64,000 nucleotides of DNA from Clostridia bacterium (GCA_017621525.1 JAGASX010000014.1:13232-77231); one strand, 5' to 3'; shown: positions 1 to 9,152, numbered from the stretch's first letter. Numbers and translations are program-made. The notes: generated from the sequence alone by a model not told the origin.

Positions 1-855
1 AGAGAGCACATCCTTCTTGCTCGTCAAGTTGGCGTTCCATACATTGTTGTATTTATGAACAAAATGGACCAAGTTGATGATGCCGAACTTGCTGACCTTG
101 TTGAAATGGAAATCCGCGACCTCCTTACAGAGTATGGTTTCCCAGGAGATGACACTCCAATTATCAGAGGTTCTGCATTCAAAGCTCTTGAAGCTGCTCA
201 AGCTGGCAACACTTCAGACCCTGCTTGTGCTTGCATTAGAGAACTTATGGCTGCTCTTGACTCTTACATCCCAGAGCCAGAAAGAGAAACTGACAAACCT
301 TTCCTTATGCCTGTTGAAGACGTATTCACAATCACTGGTCGTGGTACAGTTGCAACTGGTAGAGTAGAACGTGGTTCAGTTAAAGTTGGTGATACTGTTG
401 AAATTGTTGGTCTTGGCGAATCAAAATCAACTGTTGTAACAGGCGTTGAAATGTTCCACAAATCACTTGACGCTGCAATTGCAGGCGACAATGCTGGACT
501 TCTTCTTCGTGGTATCCAAAGAACTGATATCGAAAGAGGCCAAGTTCTTTGCAAACCAGGTTCAATTCACCCACACACTAAATTCACAGCCGAAGTTTAC
601 GTTCTTAAGAAAGAAGAAGGTGGCCGTCATACTCCATTCTTCAATGGTTACAGACCACAATTCTATTTCAGAACTACTGACATCACTGGCGTTATTGAAC
701 TTGAAAAGGGCGTAGAAATGGTTATGCCTGGCGACCACGTTAAGATGACAATCTCTCTTATCAACCCAGTCGCTATTGAACAAGGACTTCGTTTCGCTAT
801 CCGTGAAGGTGGCAGAACAGTTGGTTCTGGTGTTGTTTCTACAATCATCGAATAA
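1..855 (+). CDS. tuf: Elongation factor Tu, 3' portion (5' end lies upstream of the window)
   Basis: Frame 1 is open from nt 1 ([23 protein letters not shown]...). EF-Tu domain II/III motifs [13 protein letters not shown] and [21 protein letters not shown] are present. Codon usage is strongly biased (GCT/GGT/ACT/CGT) and a hairpin plus T-run follows. Confidence 0.97.
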   Translation, partial: REHILLARQVGVPYIVVFMNKMDQVDDAELADLVEMEIRDLLTEYGFPGDDTPIIRGSAFKALEAAQAGNTSDPACACIRELMAALDSYIPEPERETDKPFLMPVEDVFTITGRGTVATGRVERGSVKVGDTVEIVGLGESKSTVVTGVEMFHKSLDAAIAGDNAGLLLRGIQRTDIERGQVLCKPGSIHPHTKFTAEVYVLKKEEGGRHTPFFNGYRPQFYFRTTDITGVIELEKGVEMVMPGDHVKMTISLINPVAIEQGLRFAIREGGRTVGSGVVSTIIE

Positions 856-870
856 TCAATATAAACTGCA

Positions 871-898
871 AAAAGCACTTCATTTGAAGTGCTTTTTT
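871..898 (+). terminator. Intrinsic terminator after tuf (A-run/T-run on both sides, so usable bidirectionally)
   Basis: Stem GCACTTC (875-881) pairs with GAAGTGC (886-892), with a 4-nt loop and T6 at 893-898. Confidence 0.8.
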
Positions 899-948
899 AT
901 TTGGGGGACAACCAAAATTTCACGCGGGCACGATTTTTCAAATCTAAC
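897..948 (+). repeat. 52-bp direct repeat, copy 1 (5' part of module H)
   Basis: TTATTTGGGGGACAACCAAAATTTCACGCGGGCACGATTTTTCAAATCTAAC is identical 52/52 to 1101-1152. It is homologous to 41636-41700. Confidence 0.95.
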
Positions 949-1100
949 CGCTAAATTTCGGTTTTCCCTCCAATACCCCCTTTCCCACGCTTGAAAATTT
1001 CCGCTGGACAATTTTCTAAGCAATAAGGGCACCACCAAATATTTAAACCGGGCAAAGCCCTTCCTGTTTAAAATTTGGTTTGGTGGGATTTTTATTTTAT

Positions 1101-1152
1101 TTATTTGGGGGACAACCAAAATTTCACGCGGGCACGATTTTTCAAATCTAAC
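1101..1152 (+). repeat. 52-bp direct repeat, copy 2
   Basis: Identical 52/52 to 897-948. The copies are separated by 152 bp that contain further hairpins (GAAAATT/AATTTTC at about 993-1016, GGGC-AAA-GCCC at about 1050-1060). Confidence 0.95.
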
Positions 1153-1260
1153 TGTCGATTGCCAAAATTCGAGCAAATTATATATTATTTTAAAATATTC
1201 TATTTTGTTTAAAAATGCGTATATTTTATAATTAAAATATAAAATAAAAAGGCATAAAAA

Positions 1261-1488
1261 ATGAAAAATAAAATATTTAAAAATGGTGATGATTTATCTT
1301 TAAAAAATAAAAATCATCTTAAAATAAATTGCAAAAAAATTAAACAGAAAAATTATTTATATAAAATGATTGATGCTGAAAAATATTCAATGCTTAATGG
1401 CAATGAAAAAGAAAGATATATATTTGAAATAATAAATTCTGCCCTTTTGGCAGGGGATAAAATTGAATATGAAGTTTTGGACGCTTAA
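1261..1488 (+). CDS. Hypothetical small protein (75 aa, Lys/Asn-rich)
   Basis: ORF in a very AT-rich stretch with a weak RBS (AAGG). A clean hairpin plus T-run at 1501-1525 supports a real transcription unit. No recognisable motif. Confidence 0.4.
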   Translation: MKNKIFKNGDDLSLKNKNHLKINCKKIKQKNYLYKMIDAEKYSMLNGNEKERYIFEIINSALLAGDKIEYEVLDA

Positions 1489-1500
1489 AAATGCACTTAA

Positions 1501-1525
1501 AATAGGTTTCGCACCTATTTTTTTG
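1501..1525 (+). terminator. Intrinsic terminator
   Basis: AATAGGT-ttcgc-ACCTATT followed by a T-run. Confidence 0.6.
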
Positions 1526-1580
1526 TATATGTTTGCAATTTGCAATTCTTTGTGTTATCATATTGCAAAAGGGGAAACTT

Positions 1581-1943
1581 ATGGGATTTATGGGCGGACT
1601 TTTCAAGGCTTTGGGTTTTGAAAGTGAAACAAAGGTGAAAAATAAAAATAAAAAGGCAAAGGCATCATACAGCCTTAAAAGCACAAAAAAATCTCGCATA
1701 GACCAAATTGACGGCGTGCCTGTTTATTATCCAGAAAATATTAAGCAAATTCAAGACTTTGCACATTTTGTTAAAGAGGATAAGGCAATCATTATTTCTT
1801 GCGAAAATCTTTCTAAAGATGAAAGCGAAAAAATAATCACATATTTGCAAGGTTTTTCTTTTGGTGCAAATGCCAAAATGGTTGACCTAAACGATGAAAA
1901 ATTGTATCTTATTTTGCCAGAGGGAATGGAAATTGAAGAATAA
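1581..1943 (+). CDS. sepF: Cell division protein SepF
   Basis: MGFMGGLFKALGF..., a Lys-rich linker, then the C-terminal SepF/DUF552 pattern (VPVYYPENIKQIQDFAHFVKEDKAIIISCENLSKDESEKIITYLQGFSFGANAKMVDLNDEKLYLILPEG). RBS GGGGAA lies before ATG 1581. The ORF-track start at 1533 is probably too far upstream. Confidence 0.8.
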   Translation: MGFMGGLFKALGFESETKVKNKNKKAKASYSLKSTKKSRIDQIDGVPVYYPENIKQIQDFAHFVKEDKAIIISCENLSKDESEKIITYLQGFSFGANAKMVDLNDEKLYLILPEGMEIEE

Positions 1944-2463
1944 AAAATATTTATCACCTTTTTTAGCAGTGTCAATTTTTGTTTGCGTGCTTTTGCTTGA
2001 TTTGCTTACAAAAGAATTTATCATAAAAAACCATATTCCAAACGTGGGCGATTCTATAAAGATTATGCCCGGTTTTATCAATTTTGTTTATGTTAAAAAC
2101 ACAGGTGCTGCATGGGGTATGCTTGCTGGCAGACCTATTTTTTTGATTGTTATTTCACTTGTTGTTATGGGGCTTTTGCTTACCTATTATATTTTGCGAC
2201 AAAAAAAATTGGGCTCAAAATGTTCTGTTCTGTTTGGAATAAGCGTGGGGTTGATTGCCGGCGGTTGCATAGGCAATATGATTGACCGCATTTTCCTTGG
2301 CTATGTTCGCGATTTTATAAATTTTGAATTTATCAAGTTTCCTGTCTTTAACTTTGCCGACATTGCCCTTACAATTGGCACAATAATTATGCTTGTTTAC
2401 TTCGTTTTCTTTTTCAATAAGGAAGAAAAGTTGTTAAAAGGCGGTGGACAAGATGAAAGGTGA
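1894..2463 (+). CDS. lspA: Lipoprotein signal peptidase II
   Basis: Motifs FVYVKNTGAAWGML, GNMIDR and FPVFNFADIALTIG. The true start may be TTG 1933, since ATG 1894 overlaps sepF by 50 nt. Confidence 0.88.
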   Translation: MKNCILFCQREWKLKNKKYLSPFLAVSIFVCVLLLDLLTKEFIIKNHIPNVGDSIKIMPGFINFVYVKNTGAAWGMLAGRPIFLIVISLVVMGLLLTYYILRQKKLGSKCSVLFGISVGLIAGGCIGNMIDRIFLGYVRDFINFEFIKFPVFNFADIALTIGTIIMLVYFVFFFNKEEKLLKGGGQDER

Positions 2464-3343
2464 GTTCATTGTTGAAGCCTCCAACCAACGTTTGGATAAC
2501 ATCGTGCTGACGGCACTGCCAGACCTTACACGTTCTCATATAAAACAACTTATTGATGACGGCAACATTTTGCTTAACGGTAAAAAGGTAAAGGCGGGTG
2601 AAAAGGTGAAAGCGGGGCAGGTTGTTGCTTATCAAATTTCTCAATCACAGCCACTTGACGCCCAAGCGCAAGATATTGATTTTGAAATTGTATATCAAGA
2701 TGATGACCTGCTTGTTATCAACAAACCCCAAGGGCTTGTTGTTCACCCATGCACTTCAACCAAAGACGGCACGCTTGTAAATGGACTTTTGTTTAAAATA
2801 AAAGATTTAAGTGGAATAAATGGAACTCTTCGCCCGGGCATTGTGCATAGGCTTGATAAAAACACCTCTGGTCTTATGCTTGTTGCAAAAAATGATATGG
2901 CACACGCTTCACTTGCCCAGCAAATTAAAGAAAAAACTTGCAAAAGAAAGTATCTTGCACTTGTTGAGGGGCATTTTAAAGAAAAAGAGGGCAGAATTGA
3001 AACATTTATCGACCGCGACAAAAAAGATAGAAAAAAAATGGCAGTATCCCAACATGGAAAACTTGCCATAAGCGATTATAAGGTGGTGCAAAGTTTTGAG
3101 GGCTATGACCTTGTTGAATTTTCACTTCAAACGGGACGTACTCATCAAATTCGCGTGCATTGTAAAATGAAAAATCACCCTGTTGTGGGAGACGATGTTT
3201 ATGGGCACGCGGTAAAGGGCTTGCGAGGGCAACTGCTTCATTCATATTACATTCAGTTTACACAACCTCGTACAAATGAAATTATCGATTTTCAAATAGA
3301 TTTACCTAAACATTTTAAAGATTTTATAAATAAATTAAAATGA
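2444..3343 (+). CDS. rluD: 23S rRNA pseudouridine synthase, RluD/RluA family with N-terminal S4 domain
   Basis: S4-like N-terminus, catalytic HRLDKNTSGLMLVAKN and GRTHQIRVH motifs. lspA-rluD adjacency is typical of Firmicutes. Alternative start ATG 2453. Confidence 0.9.
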   Translation: MDKMKGEFIVEASNQRLDNIVLTALPDLTRSHIKQLIDDGNILLNGKKVKAGEKVKAGQVVAYQISQSQPLDAQAQDIDFEIVYQDDDLLVINKPQGLVVHPCTSTKDGTLVNGLLFKIKDLSGINGTLRPGIVHRLDKNTSGLMLVAKNDMAHASLAQQIKEKTCKRKYLALVEGHFKEKEGRIETFIDRDKKDRKKMAVSQHGKLAISDYKVVQSFEGYDLVEFSLQTGRTHQIRVHCKMKNHPVVGDDVYGHAVKGLRGQLLHSYYIQFTQPRTNEIIDFQIDLPKHFKDFINKLK

Positions 3344-3377
3344 ATTAAAAAATACAAAAAAATTAAAAAATCAAACA

Positions 3378-3413
3378 AAAAACTCGACTTTTGCTGTCGA
3401 GTTTTGTTTTTTT
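3378..3413. terminator. Bidirectional intrinsic terminator between rluD and the convergent gene
   Basis: ACTCGAC-ttttgct-GTCGAGT flanked by an A-run and a T-run. Confidence 0.75.
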
Positions 3414-3450
3414 AGGGACGCAAGAACAACACGAACCAAGTGAGTGTTCC

Positions 3451-3831
3451 TTATTCTGGCATTTGAAATTCTGTGATACCAATATGCTTTTTCTTTCTTT
3501 CAATTTCAATCAAACTTGAAATTAAATCTCTTACCTTATATGGGTTTGCAATGTGGCGCAGGTGGAATTTAGGCGCTGATGCATCATTAGTTGAAATTTC
3601 AATTGTTCCTGTTTTAAAAATTTTATCAAACAAAGAAATTGTAAGTGATACGTCATAGCATCTGTATATGTTAATTTCATCAATAATTGCAGAAAGAAAA
3701 CCCTTGTGGCGGAAAAATTTTACCCATTCGCCCTCTTTTTTCACTATGTAATAGCGATAAAAAGAAATTGGCATGCCAAGGTGTCTTTTTCTATCTTTCC
3801 ATAATACTTCACAATCTTTATCAAATTTCAT
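3451..3831 (-). CDS. PH-domain (bacterial bPH/YdbT-like) protein
   Basis: The 126-aa pattern ...ISFYRYYIVKKEGEWVKFFRHKGFLSAIIDEINIYRCYDVSLTISLFDKIFKTGTIEI... resembles bacterial PH domains. GGAGGA sits 5 nt before ATG 3831, so the track's TTG at 3843 is inside the RBS. Confidence 0.6.
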   Translation of the reverse strand: MKFDKDCEVLWKDRKRHLGMPISFYRYYIVKKEGEWVKFFRHKGFLSAIIDEINIYRCYDVSLTISLFDKIFKTGTIEISTNDASAPKFHLRHIANPYKVRDLISSLIEIERKKKHIGITEFQMPE

Positions 3832-3934
3832 TGTGTCCTCCAAAAATATCTTACTGCTATTTTAAAACAAAAATACGCAAAAGTAAAGAGTTTTTTATAA
3901 AATTATTTAACAATTATAAAATATCAACAAAAAG

Positions 3935-4246
3935 TGTCGCACCTGCGTTGACAACCAGCCCCCTCGTCGAGGGGGCTGGCAACCTGTATGGGTTGACAGG
4001 GGGACAATTAAGTGAAAAGTGAAGAGTGAAAAGTGAAAAGGTAAGACGCCCCGCTTCGCGCCAAAAGCGACCTGCGCCCGCTTTTGACGCTCCGCTTATA
4101 AGGTTGGATATTATAAAAAACCTATCGAGGAGGCAGACACTCAATTTAGAGTGGGGGTGTTCAAATAAGTGTAAAGTGAAAAGTGAAAAGGTAAGCCTGC
4201 CCCGCTTCGCACGCTCGGCGACAACTCCGCCATCGCTTGGAGACGA
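3935..4246 (+). repeat. Mosaic of GC-rich modules (D fragment, E1, B1, C1, B1', C-like)
   Basis: D fragment GTGTCGCACCTGCGTTGAC 3935-3953; E1 3957-4005; purine heptads B1 4006-4045 and B1' 4167-4195; C1 with stem CAAAAGCG (4062-4069) / CGCTTTTG (4079-4086). Each has homologues at 28.2, 39.4, 42.3 and 55.5 kb. Confidence 0.9.
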
Positions 4247-4382
4247 CGTGTTCTATAATTCAAATAATGATTCTGAAATAAATATTTCAAAAATCTACGT
4301 CCCAACTGCAAGTGTTAGTGCGTATAAAAGTGCCGACGGTTGGACTGATTATTCAACTTATATCACCGGCTATTCATTTTAA
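4247..4382 (+). pseudogene. Orphan 3' fragment of a BspA-type leucine-rich-repeat surface protein gene
   Basis: VFYNSNNDSEINISKIYVPTASVSAYKSADGWTDYSTYITGYSF* aligns with the C-terminus of the intact LRR protein (MFYNCSSSLVIYVPTASVSAYKAATYWKNYSRKIQGKSF*, ending at 41579). Upstream sequence is repeat mosaic with no start or signal peptide. Confidence 0.7.
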
Positions 4383-4390
4383 ACAATAAA

Positions 4391-4441
4391 AAGTCCATGC
4401 AGGGGCGAGGGCGTGCCCTCTGTCCGCATGGGCTTTTTTTA
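4391..4441. terminator. Long GC-rich hairpin plus T-run (bidirectional terminator)
   Basis: Outer stem CCATGC/GCATGG, inner stem GAGGG-cgtg-CCCTC, then T7. It lies between the LRR fragment and the convergent small gene. Confidence 0.7.
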
Positions 4442-4518
4442 GAAAAGAATTTAGGCTTTTTTATGAGAAAATTTTAATTTTTGAAGGTTTTTGACAATAT
4501 TTTTAAAGTTTTGGCTTT

Positions 4519-4713
4519 TTATTTGCAGGTGTTACCGCATGAGCCACAAAGAAGTAAAAGCACGATTAGTGTGCAACAATCAATTCCGCATCCGCCGTTG
4601 CCATTGCCACAAAGACATTGTAAAAGCAGGTACCAGATGATAAGGTTTCCACAATCGCACCCGCCGTTGCAACTGCCAAAGCCGTTGCCACAGGTGTTGT
4701 TGAAAAAGTTCAT
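4519..4713 (-). CDS. Cys/Gly-rich 64-aa peptide with two short hydrophobic segments (YjcZ-like tiny sporulation/membrane protein or RiPP-like precursor)
   Basis: Perfect AGGAGG lies 5 nt upstream of the ATG. Sequence is MNFFNNTCGNGFGSCNGGCDCGNLIIWYLLLQCLCGNGNGGCGIDCCTLIVLLLLCGSCGNTCK, with 13 Cys by my count. Confidence 0.65.
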   Translation of the reverse strand: MNFFNNTCGNGFGSCNGGCDCGNLIIWYLLLQCLCGNGNGGCGIDCCTLIVLLLLCGSCGNTCK

Positions 4714-4944
4714 TTGTTCCTCCTAAAATATGTAATTATGAAAGTTTTGCTTTCACATTAACATACTATTTTAAATTGCTTAAAAATGTGCAAGATAAAT
4801 ATATTTTTTATTTAAAAGCCTTGAAATTAAAAGAATGTAAAATAATTGTAAAGAAAAAGCCATTCGACAAAACAAGTGCTTTTTCGTCAGCATAAAAGAA
4901 TGTGCCAAACACAAAATATTTTTGTTTTTATATAGCGATTTTTG

Positions 4945-4973
4945 TTGACTTAAAAGAGAAAATAGTTTACAAT
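4945..4973 (+). promoter_or_regulatory. SigA-type promoter for the large surface protein gene
   Basis: TTGACT (4945-4950), 17-nt spacer, TACAAT (4968-4973). Confidence 0.6.
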
Positions 4974-5015
4974 AAGTTGTTGATAAATACATGATGTAAT
5001 TTATAGGAGATTTTT

Positions 5016-8000
5016 ATGGCAAACACTAAAACAAAATTCAAAGGCGCACTTAAAGCAACAGCCATTGGCTTTGCACTTGTACTTTCCAGTGCATTTTTCC
5101 CTGCAAATGCAATTGCAAACGCAATTGATTATAAGGAACCAGAATCTGCAAGAATCAACACCAGCAGAATTGCAGTTGACGGAAACAACCAATCTTTCGC
5201 AGTAAAGAGAGGCGCAACTGTTTCAATTCCAGAAGGTGAATACCTTTATAAAAAGGCAGACGCTTCACAAGGCACTCATATCATTGGCGGAGCGAAAGCG
5301 GACAACATCACAGAAAGTGAAGTTATTGTAACTTACAAAGCAACCGGCGCAAGAGTTGCTGTTTCTGCTGAGGGCACATTTGTTGCAAGCAAAGTGGGCA
5401 CTTATGTTATCACATACCGCGTTGTTGATAACAAAATTGAATACACATATGAACAACTTGTAAAAGTTGAAGCAAGCGAGGCATCATTCGAGTTTGAAGC
5501 AAACGACAAAAATGTGATTCCAAGCGTTTATGATGTTACCCTTGCAAACGGCAAAGACGTTGTTCTTCCACTTCCAACAGTTGTTGATGAAAATGGAGAA
5601 ACAATTCTTTCAGCAGAAGACGGGGAATACTATGTTCTTGGTAAAGACACTTCTGGCATTACAGGCGACAAAGATGTTTATGTAAACATCAGCCTTGTAA
5701 ATGGTGGCGAAAGTGTTGCCCTTCAATATCGCACAAACTACGCTGGCGAAAAAGAATATTATATTTCTGGCGAGGACCTTTCAGAACTTGACGATGAGGA
5801 CAAGGCCGTTCTTGAAGGACAAGATATTAAAATTTACTATTCTTTCTATCAAAAAAGCACAGATGTGTTTATTGCTTCAACAAGCAAAACATTTACTGTT
5901 AAGAAAAATTACTACTATAGCGACGCTGATAAAGATACAACAGGTTACAGCCTTGTTACTTCTTTGGTTGGAACAAGACCAGACAGCGCAATTGTTGGCG
6001 TAGAAAAAACTCTTCCAACAGTTTCTGCTACAACAGGTGAGAAAAACACTCCTGCAAGCGAAAATGTTGAAGTTTACTATGACCTTGTAGTATACAAAGC
6101 AAACGACAACGGCAACTATAACGATAACAACGACGTAACAGAAGATGTTATCACCAAAGATGGTGCATTTAAGGCAATTGAAGAGGGCTCTTACAAATTT
6201 GTTTACAAAGTAAAAGACTTCTATGGCAACGCTGGAAGTGAATCTTCAACAACATTTACAATCAAAAATGTTAAAGATACCATTTCTGCAACTGCATACA
6301 TTTATGATGCAAGCCAAAAAGCATATTTTGACGGCGAAAACAACCCAACTTCTTATGATGAAGAAAACAACAAGTATGACAGTGCACAAAATCTTTTGAA
6401 AACTCAAACAGTAAACCGCAATATTGTTATGTATGCAATTGGCGGAACTGACAACATGGTTGCAAAAGAGGATATTGCACTTAAACGCGTTATTAAAGAT
6501 AACAGCGGTATTGAAAGATTTGTAATCGACCAAGAAGAATACCACGCATACAACCTTATTTTCGCACCAGGACTTCCAACCGGCGCGGGCAGTGGCTCTG
6601 TTCTTCAACAAATTGTTTCAGACAACTACCAAATCTTCAAAGCAATGACTATGAAAGGTCTTGATATTGAGAACGATGAGGTTATCGCGCAATATCTTAA
6701 AGAAAACGGGTACCTTATTGTAACAACCCAGTTCAATAAGGCCCTTGACGGAAGCGAAATTGTTACAGGTCTTACCGAAGATGACGAAACCGCACTTATT
6801 CAAATGAGAGATGCAGGTTACGCATATATCGCACCAAAAACAGTAGGATATGAATTTAAGGAACAAACTTACACATTCTACTATCACGCAAACGACAATC
6901 AAAACAGCAATAAAGAGGCAACTCTTTACCAAACTGTAAAACTTACAGACGGTTTCACAGATGCAACCATTCCAACACTTACTTTTGCAACAGACTTGCA
7001 ATCTGCATATCTTCCAACCGAAAGTTTTGAATTTAAAGTTGCAACTGCAACCGACACAATCGATTCAAGACTTGAAACTGTAACTGCTTACAGATACCTT
7101 GGCTCTGATAGAAAAGGACTTCCAGCAAGCGAAAAGGCTGGCACAACTTCAAAACTTTCATACGTTCTTCAAAATGCAAACAAAAACCTTATGGAAGACA
7201 CAAGTAAGTGGTATGCCAAAGAGGGCAAAATTGAAAGCGAAGGATGGTTTATCGACAACGAGGCAACAACATACACCGTAGACCTTGCAAATAAACCAGA
7301 TGGTGCAAACTATGTTGAAATTTTGGCTTATGCAATTGACGACTACGGCAATGTTGGTTTCTTCAACAAGGTAATCAGAATTGCTGACGCAACAGACGCA
7401 GGCGCACCTGTTCTTTACAAAGTTATCAATGCTCCAGATGCAACAGAATATACCGCTCCAAGCGAAATTGCACTTCCAACACTTTACTTCAATGATGACA
7501 ATGTAAACTATATGCACGCAAAAGTAAATGTGTACAAACTTATCAAAAATGCTGACGGCGTTGTAACAGGAAAAACTCTTGTTCAAAACTCTAACATGAA
7601 AACAAGTTACGACACCTATGAAGACTATTTCAAAGTTGATGCAGGCGTATTTAAGGCATCTGTTGAGGGCGATTATCAAGTGGCAGTAACAGTTGTTGAC
7701 AGTGGCAACCACAGCGTAACATCTTACTTTGCTTATAAAGTTGTTGAGGGCGAAAGCACAGAAGAACCAAAAATCAACAACATCACTTCTGACCCAATTG
7801 AACTTCTTCCAGGTGAGGCTCACTACCTTGTTGCGCCAACATTCACAATGGCTAAAAACAGCAAATACGGATATATTGGCGTTGAAGAACAAGATGACGC
7901 GTTTACTTCAACTTACTACAACGTATCAGCAGTTTCTGCAACAAGCAGTGATTATGAACTTGATGAATCATACTTCATTGGAAACAGCGAAGGAACATAT

Positions 8001-9152
8001 CAAATTCAATATACTGCATTCCTTATCCAATATGATAAAAACGCAGTTGCAAGCACACCTACAAACGGCAAACTTCACTTTGAAGATGATAAACTTTACT
8101 ACCGCGATAACAGCGGAAAAGACTTCTTCATCAAAATTGACCGCGAAGATGATAACAAACTTAAAGGTATTGCAACCAATGGTGATGAACTTGATATGAA
8201 CTCAGTTGACGGCATTGTAAAAGCAATTGTTTCACCAAGCGCTGTTCAAATAATCAAAGTCAGCGAAGTATTCATTGACGTAACAATTGATGATGACGCT
8301 TACGCACAAGATAAGTATGCAGAACTCAACCAAGAAGTTAAAATCGCAGTTCCAGATGTTGACTTCAAGGGCGATAACGCAGAAATGAATAAAGAAGATT
8401 CTACCGTTACAATCACAAGAACTTCTGGTGGCACAACAACTACAATTGCAACAATCTCATTTGAAAAATGGGCTGATGCAGTTAAAACAAACACAAACAA
8501 CTTCCGCGTTGATAATTCAACCGGCGACATCTACCTTATCATGAAAGACCACGGCGAATACAAAATTAAGTATTCAATTCAAGCAATGGCTGGCGGACAA
8601 AATGTTGGCGACCCATCTGTTCATGAATACAAAATTGCAAGTGGTGATACAATTAAGCCAGAAATCAAAGTAGACAATAAAGTTATCGTTAAAGAAAAGT
8701 ACAACATCGGCGACAAAGTTGTTATCAATATGGCTGGCCTTACAGTAACTGATAACATGACAACCGACAACGATACTCTTCTTGGCAAACTTACCGTTAC
8801 ACTTAAAAATACAACCCTTAATGAAACAGCAGTTGAACTTGAAAACAAGGCAACCGAAGAGGGAAGTTATATCTATGAAAGTGATAAACTTGAAACTGCA
8901 GGCGATTATGTTCTTACTTTCACAGTAAAAGATGAAGCGGGCAACATTTCAGAACAAGTTTCTGTAAACTTTGAAGTTTCAACCGCAACCAGCGACCCAA
9001 TTGACGCAAAAGAGGTTATGGGCGGAGTGCTTATCGGCGTTTCAGTTGCTCTTCTTGTTGGCGTAGTTGGCTACTTTGTAGTAAGCAAAGTTAAACTCGA
9101 CAAAAAAGAAAAAGCATACAAAAATGCAGGAAAAGATAAGAAAAAAGACTAA
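5016..9152 (+). CDS. Very large (1378 aa) cell-surface protein with Ig-like repeat domains and a C-terminal membrane anchor
   Basis: N-terminal signal peptide (KATAIGFALVLSSAFFPANA). Recurrent strand pattern G.Y.(V/I).Y.V.D..GN (YKFVYKVKDFYGNAG, YVEILAYAIDDYGNVG, YQVAVTVVDSGNHS, YVLTFTVKDEAGNIS). C-terminal TM helix LIGVSVALLVGVVGYFVV plus a Lys-rich tail. No LPXTG. Confidence 0.88.
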   Translation: MANTKTKFKGALKATAIGFALVLSSAFFPANAIANAIDYKEPESARINTSRIAVDGNNQSFAVKRGATVSIPEGEYLYKKADASQGTHIIGGAKADNITESEVIVTYKATGARVAVSAEGTFVASKVGTYVITYRVVDNKIEYTYEQLVKVEASEASFEFEANDKNVIPSVYDVTLANGKDVVLPLPTVVDENGETILSAEDGEYYVLGKDTSGITGDKDVYVNISLVNGGESVALQYRTNYAGEKEYYISGEDLSELDDEDKAVLEGQDIKIYYSFYQKSTDVFIASTSKTFTVKKNYYYSDADKDTTGYSLVTSLVGTRPDSAIVGVEKTLPTVSATTGEKNTPASENVEVYYDLVVYKANDNGNYNDNNDVTEDVITKDGAFKAIEEGSYKFVYKVKDFYGNAGSESSTTFTIKNVKDTISATAYIYDASQKAYFDGENNPTSYDEENNKYDSAQNLLKTQTVNRNIVMYAIGGTDNMVAKEDIALKRVIKDNSGIERFVIDQEEYHAYNLIFAPGLPTGAGSGSVLQQIVSDNYQIFKAMTMKGLDIENDEVIAQYLKENGYLIVTTQFNKALDGSEIVTGLTEDDETALIQMRDAGYAYIAPKTVGYEFKEQTYTFYYHANDNQNSNKEATLYQTVKLTDGFTDATIPTLTFATDLQSAYLPTESFEFKVATATDTIDSRLETVTAYRYLGSDRKGLPASEKAGTTSKLSYVLQNANKNLMEDTSKWYAKEGKIESEGWFIDNEATTYTVDLANKPDGANYVEILAYAIDDYGNVGFFNKVIRIADATDAGAPVLYKVINAPDATEYTAPSEIALPTLYFNDDNVNYMHAKVNVYKLIKNADGVVTGKTLVQNSNMKTSYDTYEDYFKVDAGVFKASVEGDYQVAVTVVDSGNHSVTSYFAYKVVEGESTEEPKINNITSDPIELLPGEAHYLVAPTFTMAKNSKYGYIGVEEQDDAFTSTYYNVSAVSATSSDYELDESYFIGNSEGTYQIQYTAFLIQYDKNAVASTPTNGKLHFEDDKLYYRDNSGKDFFIKIDREDDNKLKGIATNGDELDMNSVDGIVKAIVSPSAVQIIKVSEVFIDVTIDDDAYAQDKYAELNQEVKIAVPDVDFKGDNAEMNKEDSTVTITRTSGGTTTTIATISFEKWADAVKTNTNNFRVDNSTGDIYLIMKDHGEYKIKYSIQAMAGGQNVGDPSVHEYKIASGDTIKPEIKVDNKVIVKEKYNIGDKVVINMAGLTVTDNMTTDNDTLLGKLTVTLKNTTLNETAVELENKATEEGSYIYESDKLETAGDYVLTFTVKDEAGNISEQVSVNFEVSTATSDPIDAKEVMGGVLIGVSVALLVGVVGYFVVSKVKLDKKEKAYKNAGKDKKKD

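Noticed and set aside
880-1176. 98-aa minus-strand ORF with an internally repeated peptide (VRFEKSCPREILVVPQI twice).
   Set aside because: The peptide repeat is simply the translation of the 52-bp DNA direct repeat. There is no RBS, and the ORF runs through the tuf terminator and hairpins.
4026-4246. N-terminal two thirds of the 118-aa ORF 4026-4382.
   Set aside because: It reads through the purine heptad and GC modules (MKSEKVRRPASRQKRPAPAF...). Only the last roughly 45 codons show homology to a real protein, the LRR C-terminus.
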